From the NCBI RefSeq assembly GCF_006345805.1, contig NC_042998.1, positions 102,734,001 through 102,798,000 of the forward strand: a stretch of DNA of 64,000 nt, given 5' to 3'. The stretch comes from Octopus sinensis (lineage: Eukaryota). Below the pieces are notes generated by a model. It worked only from the letters and a program-made list of their open reading frames with translations. It was not told where the DNA came from and searched no databases. Positions 53,482 to 64,000 of this stretch are shown here, piece by piece. A program made the translations under genes and the position numbers. Positions within the stretch are counted from its first letter, which is position 1. The number at the start of each line of letters is the position of its first letter.

Positions 53482-53857
53482 TGAGTGAGAGAGCAGTTCA
53501 TGCCACGAAAGTGACACTGGGGTAAAATATACGAAGCCCAATATACCTATCATGACTACCCGTCTTATAAGGGTACACCAGGCACATGCATCAAAAGGTC
53601 CCTGAATAAGGGTTGTTTAAGGATGTTGAAAGAACCACCCATGTTTCCAGAGTTGAATTATTCAAACCCCAAAGAATCCCTCTCAACACATGGCTATGAT
53701 GCTCCCCCACTACTTCTGCTCGTGATCAGAGATGCACATATCGTAAGCCACTAAGGGACATGCTCAACTGGTTAAGGTCAAAGAACTGACAAGCAAATCT
53801 GTGGTATTGAGCAGAATATTTGCTGTAGCCCATCTTTTATACTAAGACAAAACAATA
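53482..53857 (-). mobile_element. Non-coding repeat (putative Dong-family 3' UTR module) flanked by (ATT)n
   Basis: Homologous to 10648-11090 (catgactacccgtc...gctcgtgatcagaga...tggtattgagcagaat...aagacaaaa), with an internal deletion. Confidence 0.75.
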
Positions 53858-53876
53858 TTGTTATTATTATTATTAT

Positions 53877-56800
53877 TCAGTAGTTTTATTTTTATAGCGT
53901 GCTTTCACTTCACTACCGAGCGCAGCTCTGTGTGCCTTGGGTATGTGCTGTGATTTGTTGTGATGCTCTGATGGTTATTGTATGGAAAGTGTTCTGCGTA
54001 GGATGTGTGCAGTGCCTAGTAGTGCAATTTGCTGTATGTTAAATGTGTTTGTAAGTCCTGGTGTTTTTGTTATGTATTTGTCTGAATATTTTTTTATCAT
54101 GCCTAATGCACCTACTATGATAGGAATTGTTTCTGTTTTCAGATTCCACATTCTAGTTACCTCTATTTCCAGGTCTTTGTATTTTGAGAGTTTCTCCATT
54201 TCTTTTAGAGATACGTTGTCATCTGCCGGTATTGATACATCAATTAGAAAGCATTTTTCTTCTTCATGATCTCTGACAACTATATCTGGTCTGTTGGCCT
54301 TAATTTCTCTATCTGTGTGTATCGGCATATCCCAGAGTATGGTTGCTTTCTTGTTTTCTGTGACCTTTTCTGGTGTGTGCCTATACCATCTTTTTTCTGT
54401 TGTTATTCCATAATGTTGGCATAGCTTCCAATGTATGTAGGTTCCAACTCTTAGCCAGGACTGGGCAGCTAGAGATAATATGATTTATTGTTTCTTGTCC
54501 ATCTCCACATATTCTGCAGTTACTTGTAATATTTCTTTTCATTACATGTTTTTGGTAATTTCTGGTGGGGAGGCTTTGGTCTTGTGCTGCAATCAAAAAT
54601 CCCTCTGTTTCTGCTTTGAGTCCTGAGCTTCTCAACCATTGCTGTGATTTTTCTTTGTCTATTTCTTTTGCGTTTAGTTTAGTCCAGTATTTACCATGAA
54701 AGGGCTTTTCTTGCCATCGTTTTATCATGGTTCGTTGCTGTTCTATTTTTAGTTTGGATTTCATTTGTTTTATAGCTGTTGTTGTTTCTTCATCTTCTTC
54801 ATCATCATGTTTATTAGGTGGTATGATTTCTTGTTTGTATTTGTCAGCTTCCTTAAATACTCAGAACAGTTTTTTGTATTGCTCGTGTTTTGCCGCTATC
54901 TGGATCAGTTTTCCTTCCTTCTGAAGTAGATATTTTGCAGTCCTATGGTGGTTATTTTATAGTAGTTTTCCAGCTGTATAAGGCCTCTACCACCTTCTAT
55001 ACGTTGTATATATAGTCTTTCTATGTCATTATTTTTCTTGTTTTCCTATCTATTTTGTTCAGTTCATTTCGTGTCCAGTTAAGGATATTGTAGCTGTAAC
55101 TTATAACTGGGACAGCCAAAGTGTTGATACCTATTATCTTGTTTTTATCATTGAGCTCTGTTTTTAGTATTGATCTAACTCGTCAATAATATTCTTTTTT
55201 TATTTTCTCTTTCATTTGTGTGTGTTGTGTCCTATCTAGATCATGGATTCCTAAGTATTTGTAAGTTTGGCTTTGGTCTAATTCTTTTATTTCATTGGTT
55301 TTATCTAGTGTGATGTTGTTACTCTTAACTAGTTTTCCTCTTTTCATGGTTACTTTGGCGCATTTTTCTAATCCAAATTTCATATCTATTTCTTTGGTAA
55401 ATCCATGAACTGTCTTTAATAGTGTTTCCAGCTGTTTGTCATTTGCAGCGTATAGTTTTAGGTCATCCATATATAAAAGGTGACTGATCGTTTTGCCGTA
55501 ACATTTATATCCGCATCCAGTTCTATTTAGCATATCAGATATAGGTGACTGTGCCAAGCAGAAGAGGAGTGGAGAGAGCGTGTCTCCCTGGAATATTCCT
55601 CTTCTAATGGGGATCTCTTTGGTTTTCATGAGTCCCTCTTTTGTTTGGAGGTGTAGGACTGTTTGCCATTTATTCATAGAGTGCTCTATGAATTTTATGA
55701 TTCTTGGTGCTACTTTGTTAATGGCTAGTGTTTCGAGGATCCATGTGTGGGGGATGCTATCAAACGCCTTTTTGTAGTCAATCAAGGCCATACTGAGGCC
55801 TTTCTTCTTTCTGTGGCTGTTTTCAGTTATGGCTTTATTAATCATTAGTTGATCTTTACAGCCATATGAGCCTTTGCGGCATCCTTTCTGCTCTTCTGGG
55901 AACAGTTTGTTTTCGTCCAGGTGCTTGTTCAGCCTTTGCGATATCACTGCAGTAAATGCCTTGAACATAGCAGGGAGGCAGGTTATTGGTCTGTAGTTTT
56001 CTGGTTTTTCTGTTTCATTTGATTTGGGAATTAAGATGGTTTTCCCCTTCGTGAGCCATTCAGGCATTGTCTCTGGCTCTGCTAGTATGTTGTTAAAGTT
56101 TTGAGCCAGCTTTTTGTGCATTCCTGTTAGATATTTCAACCAGAAGTTGGGGATCTTGTCATGCCCAGGTGCCTTCCAGTTGATTAGTCTTTGCAGTGCC
56201 TGGGTGACCTCTTCAGTTGTTATGGGGGTCCAAAGTTGTTCAGATGCCGAGTTTGTTATTTTGATACTCCTTTTTTTTGGTTGTTCGTTCGCCGACCATA
56301 TTTCTCTCCAGAATTCTTCCAATTCTTCTGCCGTTGGTGCAGCAGTGACTTCTATTTTATTTTTGCCCAGTTCTTGGTAGAACTTTTTGGGGTTGGAGTT
56401 GAACTTTTTGTTTTGTTCAAAGAAGCGTTGACGTTTCTCGTACCGGCGGATCCTTTGTGCTTTGGCAAGGATATCTTGCTTCAGCTTTTCTTTTAACTCA
56501 GGCAAATCTTTCTCTGTGATGTTATATTTGCGGAGTATTTTTGTTCTCTTTTTGTTGCTCAGTAGCGTTGATTGTTTGCTGATTTCATTAAGAAGACAGG
56601 TCTTTTCTAATTTTTTTAATTTTGTTTTGGATGTTATTTATCCACAGGGTTTGTTTGGGTGGTGGTACTCCTGTTTGGGCGGGTTTGGGTGAGTATCCAG
56701 CTTCTTTTGTGGCTGCAGTGGCTGCTGCGTATATTAAGTTATTTAGCTCAGTGATATCACTTTTTTCTGTTTCAGTGGCTATCAGTTCAGTGACGGCTAG

Positions 56801-56919
56801 GTTTATGCTGTTTATAATTGGTGTTGTTATTTCGTTTATTTTGATTCTTGGGAGGTATGGTCGGTGGTCCATTTTGAGCTCTGTGGTTTTCAGTTTTTTG
56901 ATTATTTTATTTTTTATAT

Positions 56920-56920
<1 letters not shown>
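53877..56920 (-). mobile_element. R4/Dong-type LINE, near full length, in (TAA)n
   Basis: 440-aa RT ORF (NYRPITCL, IDYKKAFDSIPH, RGIFQGDTLSPLLF, LYMDDLKL), CRICGDGQETINHIISSC, RLE NRPDIVV...IDVSIP...EKLSKY. (ATT)n on both flanks. Confidence 0.95.
55183..56505 (-). pseudogene. Dong/R4 reverse transcriptase (largest open segment of an interrupted ORF)
   Basis: RT motifs present, but frameshifts and stops occur up- and downstream. Confidence 0.9.
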
Positions 56921-57581
<661 letters not shown>

Positions 57582-57584
57582 GAG

Positions 57585-59130
57585 GAGCGTGATACGATTA
57601 CAATAGATATTGTATTGGTTGAACTTTATTGGACAGCAAACCTGTCTTTCTCTCCATGTCCCACCTTCTGTATAAATATTAACAATTCTGTTATAATTCC
57701 TGGTGGAATTCACTTGATTCATGTTGTCGAACAATGAACAGGGCTTACCTCTCTTGCGGCAGTTTTTCAAGGTACAACGTGCAGATATACCAATGTTGCT
57801 TTTCTTAGAGTCAGAAATAGTGGTCACTAATTATTTTATGATCTTATTCCGTCTAAATTCTACAATAGGCCGCTGAGGAAATAACTGTTTGAAAAGAGGA
57901 TTTTTTTCGTCCTATGCTGGTAACTTTCATACAACACTTTTGAAATGCCAGTGAAATTTCGGTGCCAGTTAATCACTAAAGAAATTCTGTCACATATTGT
58001 ATTCTGTTTGCTAAAATTATGCGTGAAGCTGTGACTGACTTTACTAATCTTAGGCATTTCATTTGCTATTTCCTGATTCACTGTAACTGCGTTTGAAATG
58101 ATAATATAGAAAAGCATTTTCTTGTTTCCAGTAATCCCCTATGTCTGTACAAATCTGTTTTATCCTCAAATTTTGGATTTGACTGAGTTATATTATGTGG
58201 ATGATCGGATCGCTAATGAAGGTAAGTGTGGGATGACGTGGGCTTGCAAAAGAACTCTGTCACAATTTTGCCTCCAGAAGACGTAACTTTTGTGTCCAAA
58301 AATTCAACGCAAGTTTTTGAAAAACTGGACGCAAATTTTATGTTGGATTGAAAACCATAGGTTTTAGCATAAGAGTCACAGAAATGCAACAAGTCAGTTA
58401 ATATATCCTGTGATCCTTCCCAGAGAAAAAAAAAACGTCATCAATGAATCGTAACCAGAGTATTGATTCATAACCATGTAGGGATTTGAATGTCTTCAGT
58501 AACTGTCTCGAATTTCGTCATGAAGATATTAGCGAAATTGACTGTCATGGGGGTACCCATGGCACATCCTCTCATTTGGTGGTAAAATTCATGTCCAAAT
58601 GTCATTGTGTTACTTTGTAACACACACCTGAATAACATACAGAGAAAATTTCATGGGATACTTCTTTGACCGCTTTTTGAAGCTATCCATGCATGCTTAT
58701 GTCCATTCATCATGGTTAATATTGGGACATAATTAAGAAACATCTATGGTTACCGAAGAACAGTTTTCGACATGACGTCAGTGCATAAAAAAGTTCTGGA
58801 TTTTAGACACAAACTCAAAAGTATCCCGAATATAGGAACTCGATCTTATTACGACAGGGAGTAGAAAGCCATCCAGCCATTCCGAAATCTTGACTGTACA
58901 ACATTCATATCCGCTGCAAATTGGGCGCATTGGAGGAAATCTTTCGAGCTTTTTGTGTATTTTAGAAAGACCATAAAATAGAGGTGCTTTTTCGAACCGC
59001 AAAATACTGGATTCGGCCATTGTAATGAAATTGTTTTCCTCAATTTTCAAAATTATTTTGTCATGTTTCTCTCTGTAATTGGGGTTTGGATCGGCAGGTA
59101 ATTCTTGATATGAAGTTTTGTCACTTAAAA
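57585..59130 (-). mobile_element. Penelope-like element RT + Cys-rich linker, degenerate
   Basis: FYGLSKIHK..PPMRPICSG, SYIRDT, YHQMRGCAMGTPMTVNFANIFM, VEFLDTKV, CTLKNCRKRGKPC. Truncated at (ATT)n before a recognisable GIY-YIG. Confidence 0.88.
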
Positions 59131-60228
59131 CTGCCAGGGAGTTTTTCTTCTCAGTTGATCAATGTATTAAATTGCTCTGCGATCAATTTATTGCAATTAC
59201 TGAATTTTTTTTTAATCCCAAATCCCTGTACACCATCAGTTCCTGTTGCATTCCAATTGCTTATCTTTTTACACATATTTCTGATACTGTCTTCTGTGAA
59301 GTGGATATCCACTTGCTGGAAATAATAAAATGTTTGCTTCAGGCTATTCTTGCTCACACCGTATCTTACCCCAAAAATGTCGACTTCCATGAGTATCAGG
59401 GACTAATCTTTCACGTTTTTTATCATCATTAATCTGTTGGTAAAATCTTTTTTAGTCGAGTCTAAACAATTTATTTTACTGGTATAGCTTAATCCTTTGT
59501 TCAAACTTGTTACCTTTGCTTTTTTCACATGTATGCGCTGGTTCAGTTCTTTAGTTGTAACATTCGACACCATACTTCTTCCTAACGTTTTCGAATTTCC
59601 ATTCATTCTTACGTTCTCCATTTCTTTTCCTGACAAGTACTGACATTACACTGTTCTAGGAGTTTATATCTTCAGAAATTCTCCTTTTCCCCCACGGTTG
59701 TTTATTTCCTCTTCTATCCGCCGCTGTTAGTTTCTCAATAGTTTTTAATTCCATCCTTTCCGCCATAATCCTACTAGCAGTCTTGATAAGAATATTTGTT
59801 AGTGTGATGTTCTTTCTTTCAATGTGTCTCAATACATTATGGACTTCATTCGTCTTTTGATTTAATCCCCATTGGTTAGCCGAGTTATAGTCGCACATAA
59901 CTTCTGTCCCTTCCGTAGTTAATAGATCGAAAATTCTGTCTATTATTAATCGATCTTCATTATTTGAATAGTCACTCATTATTTGAATAGTCACTCATCT
60001 CAATTCTTTTAAAATCCATGGTATTATATTCTTGCGAACAAGGATGACGTTCCCTCTGCACGGGTGGTTCGTCCACGAAAGCCGGAGGTCCCGCAAGTGT
60101 ATATAGACCCTCATAGCAGTATCTGATGGCAGATACTAATGTGCAGTCATGAGTCGAAAACTCAGTCCTAATGCGACCTAAAAGGTCCTTTCCTTCGGAT
60201 CGCCCCAATTACAACCGCATCCGTAGAG
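59130..60228 (-). mobile_element. R4/Dong-related LINE 5' region (second family), degenerate
   Basis: PWGKRRISEDI and ISNWNATGTDGVQGF parallel NWKAPGHDKIPNFW of the Dong ORF; GC-richer upstream segment. Confidence 0.7.
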
Positions 60229-60890
60229 GTTAGATGAATCCTGGTGTTTTTGTTATGTATTTGTCTGAATATTTTTTTATCATGCCTAATGCACCAACTT
60301 TGATCGGAATTGTTTCTGTTTTTAGATTCCACATTCTAGTTACCTCTATTTGCAGCTCTGTGTATTTTGAAAATGTCTCCATTCTTTTTAGAGACACGTT
60401 GTCATTTGCTGGTATTGATATATCAATTACAAAGCATTTCTTTTCTTCATGATCTCTAGCAACTATATCTGGACTGTTGGACTTAATTTCTCTATCTGTG
60501 TGTATTGGCATATCCCAGAGTATGGTTGCTTTCTCGTTTTGTGTGACCTTTTCTGCTGTATGCCTTTACCATCTTTTTTCTGCTGTTATTCCATAATGTT
60601 GGCATAGCTTCCAGTCTATGTATGTCCTAACTCTGTCGTGTCTGTGAATATATCCCTTCTTAGCCAGGACTGGGCAGCCAGAGATAATATGATTTATTGT
60701 TTCTTGTCCATCTCCACATATTCTGCAGTTACTTGCTTTATTTCTTTTCATTACATGTTTTTGGTAATTTCTGGTGGGGAGGCTTTGGTCTCGTGCTGCA
60801 ATTAAAAATCATTCTGTCTCTGCTTTGACTCCTGAGCTTCTCAACCAATGTTGGGATTTTTCTTTGTCTATTTCTTTTGCATTTTGTTTA
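60229..60890 (-). mobile_element. Inverted 3' segment (CCHC + RLE) of the Dong-like family
   Basis: IDKEKSQHWLRSSG, CRICGDGQETINHIISGC, NSPDIV...VGALGMIKK. Confidence 0.9.
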
Positions 60891-63800
60891 GCCACACAAC
60901 AACGCCAAATAATATAAGTACTGAGATAGTAAAGCACGAAGACAAACGTAACATTCCCAGCAAAAACGTTGTAAACAAAAACAACAAAACCTGACCGTAA
61001 GGATGCATAATAATGCACGAGAAGCAGCAAACCAGAAACACAACAGGCCAACATACGAATGGGAGAGAAAGCGACACAAATCTAAAACCTGGAAACAACG
61101 AAGGGGAGCCTAATGATTATGATACTATAAAAAGTAGAATAATCCAAGAACTGAAAAACACAGATCTCAAAATGGACCACCGACCATACCTCCTAAAAAT
61201 CAAAATAGACAAAAAAACAACATCAATTATAAACAGCATAAACCTAGCCGTCACAAAACTAATAGCCACTGAAACAAATAGCGATATCACTGAGCTAAAT
61301 GACTTATTATATGCAGCAGCCACTGCAGCCACAAAAGAAGCGGGATACTCCCTCAAACCCATCCAAACAGGAGTACAACAACCCAAACAAACCCTGTGGA
61401 TAAATAACATAAAAAAATACAAAAAATCAGAAAAGATATGTCGATTCTTATTGAAATCAGTAGACAATCAAGGCTACTAAGCAGCAAAAAGAACAACAAA
61501 AATACTGTGCAAATACAACATCATAGAAAAAGATTTACCCGAGATAAAATAAAAGCTAAAGCAAGATATCCTTGCCAAAGCACAAAGGATCCGCCGGTAT
61601 GAGAAACGCCAACGTTTCTTTGAACAAAACAAAAAGTTCAACTCCAACCCCAAAACGTTCTACTAAGAACTTGGCAAAAATAAAATAGAAATCACTGCAG
61701 CACCAACGGAAGAAAAAGTGGAAGAATTCTGGAGAGAAATATGGTCGGCAAAAGTACAAACAAAACAAAAGGAGTATTAAAACAACAAACTCGGCATCTG
61801 AACAACTTTGGACCCCCATAACAACTGAAGAGGTCACCCATGCACTGCAAAGACTAATCAACTGGAAGGCACCTGGGCATGACAAGATCCCCAACTTCTG
61901 GTTGAAATATCTAACAGGAATGCACAAAAAGCTGGCTCAAAACTTTAACAACATACTAGCAGAGCCAGAGACAATGCCTGAATGATTCACGAAGGGGAAG
62001 CCTACTTAAATCCCAAATCCAATGAGACAGCAAAATCCGAAATCTACAGACCTATAACTTGTCTCCCAACAATGTATAAAACATTCACTGCAGTTATATC
62101 ACAAAGATTAAACAAGCACCTGGACGAAAACAACCTGTTTCCAGAAGAGCAGAAATGATGCCGCAAAGGCTCATATGGCTGTAAAGATAACTAATGATTA
62201 ATAAAGCCATAACTGAAGACAGCCACAGAAAGAAGAAAGGCCTCAGTATGGCATGGATCGACTACAGAATGCCATTTGATAGTATCCCCCGCACATGGAT
62301 CATCGAAACACTAGCCATTAACAAAGTAGCACCAACAATTATAAAATACATAGGACACTCTATGAATAAATGGCAAACAGTGCTACAGCTCCAAACAAAA
62401 GAGGGACTCGTGAAAACCAAATCCATCCCAATTAGAAGAGAATATTCCAGGGAGACACGCTCTCTCCACTCCTTTTCTGCTTGGCACTGTTACCTCTGTC
62501 TGACATGCTAAATAGAACTGGATGCGGATTTAAATGTTACGGCAAAACGATCAGCCACCTTTTATATATGGATGACCTCAAAATATACGCTACAAATGAC
62601 AAACAGCTGTAAACACTACTAAAGACAGTTCATGGATTCACCAAAGAAATAGATATGAAATTTGGATTAGAAAAATGCACCAAAGTAACCCTGAAAAGAG
62701 GAAAACTAGTTAAGAGTAGCAACATCACACTAGATAAATCCAATGAAATAAGAAAATTATACCAAAGCCAAACTTACAAATATTTAGGAATCCATGAACT
62801 AGATAAGACACAACACACACAAATGAAAGAGAAAATTAAGAAAGAATACTATAGACGAGATAGATCAATACTAAAAACAGTGCTTAATGCTAAAAACAAG
62901 ATAATAGGTATTAACACTTTAGCCGTCCCAGTTATAAGCTACAGCTACAATATCCTTAACTGGACGCTAAATGAACTAACCAAAATAGATAGGAAATCAA
63001 GAAAAATAATGACAGGATCTAGGATGCATTACCCAAAATCTGACATAGAAAGGCTATATATACAACGTATAGTAGGTTGTAGAGGCCTTATACAGCTGGA
63101 AAACTACTATAAAATAACCACCATAGGACTGCAAAAATATCTACTTCAGAAGCAAGTAAAACTGATTCAAATAGCGGCAAAACACACGCAAAACAAAAAA
63201 CTGTTCTTAGTATTTTAGGAAGATGAAAAATACAAAACAAAAAACATAATACCCAACAAATATGAAGGAGAAAAAGAAGAAGAAGAAGAAGAAGAACAAC
63301 AACAACAACAACAACAACAACAAGAACAGGAACAAGAACAAGAACAAGAACAAGAAGAAGAAGAAGAAGAAGAAGAAGACAACAAAAGGCTATAAAGCAA
63401 TTGAAATCAAAACTAAAACTAGAATACCAACGGACCATGATAAAACGATGGCAAGAAAAGCCCCTTCATTGCAAGTACTGGACTAAATAAAATGGAAAAG
63501 AAATAGACAAAGAAAAATCCCAGCAGTGGTTGAGAAGCTCAGAACTCAAAGCAGAAACAGAGGGATTTTTAATTGCAGCACGAGACCAAAGCCTCCCCAC
63601 CAGGAATTACCAAAACATGTAATGCAAAGAAATATAACAAGTAACTGCAGAATATGGACAAGAAACAATAAATCATATTATCTCTGGCTGCCCAGTCCTG
63701 GCTAAGAAGGGATATATTCACAGACACGCCAGAGTTAGGACATACATAGACTGGAAGCTATGCCAACATTATGGAATAACAACAGATAAAAGATGGTATA

Positions 63801-64000
63801 GGCATACAGCAGAAAAGGTCACAGAAAACGAGAAAGCAGCCATACCCTGGGATATGCCAATACACACAGATAGAGAAATTAAGGCCAACAGACCAGATAT
63901 AGTTGCTAGAGATCATGAAGAAAATAAATGCTTTCTAATTGATATATCAATACCAGCAGATGACTACGTGTCTCTAAAAAGAATGGAGAAATTTTCAAAA
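60891..64000 (+). mobile_element. R4/Dong-type LINE, long copy running off the window end, many stops
   Basis: Colinear with the reverse complement of 53877-56920 (MDHRPYL, RT, CCHC remnant, NRPDIV) and extends further 5'. Confidence 0.95.

Overview
AT-rich, microsatellite-dense eukaryotic DNA. The SINE families and repeat landscape strongly suggest a coleoid cephalopod (Octopus-like), though this is recognition, not a database result. No host protein-coding gene can be supported, so the window looks intronic or intergenic. It is a transposon graveyard: (i) several R4/Dong-type non-LTR elements (RT + CCHC + restriction-like endonuclease) whose ends sit in (TAA)n tracts; (ii) a young, GC-rich, 5'-truncated L1/Tx1-clade LINE inside a (GATA)n tract; (iii) Penelope-like elements (GIY-YIG/RT), including two with inverted pseudo-LTRs and two solo pseudo-LTRs, all carrying minimal hammerhead-ribozyme-like motifs and ending at or near (TA)n; (iv) Tc1, mariner DD34D and maT DD37D DNA transposons plus a fold-back mariner MITE; (v) at least three SINE families, Helentron/DINE-like elements and old RTE remnants. 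The most interesting signals are the hammerhead cores with an apparent U3-A8 compensatory swap, the partitioning of different microsatellites among different retroelement clades, and a local inverted 3'-end duplication of a Dong-like LINE. Most ORFs in the supplied track are microsatellite read-throughs or antisense shadows of TE ORFs. Boundaries of degenerate elements are approximate (read by eye).
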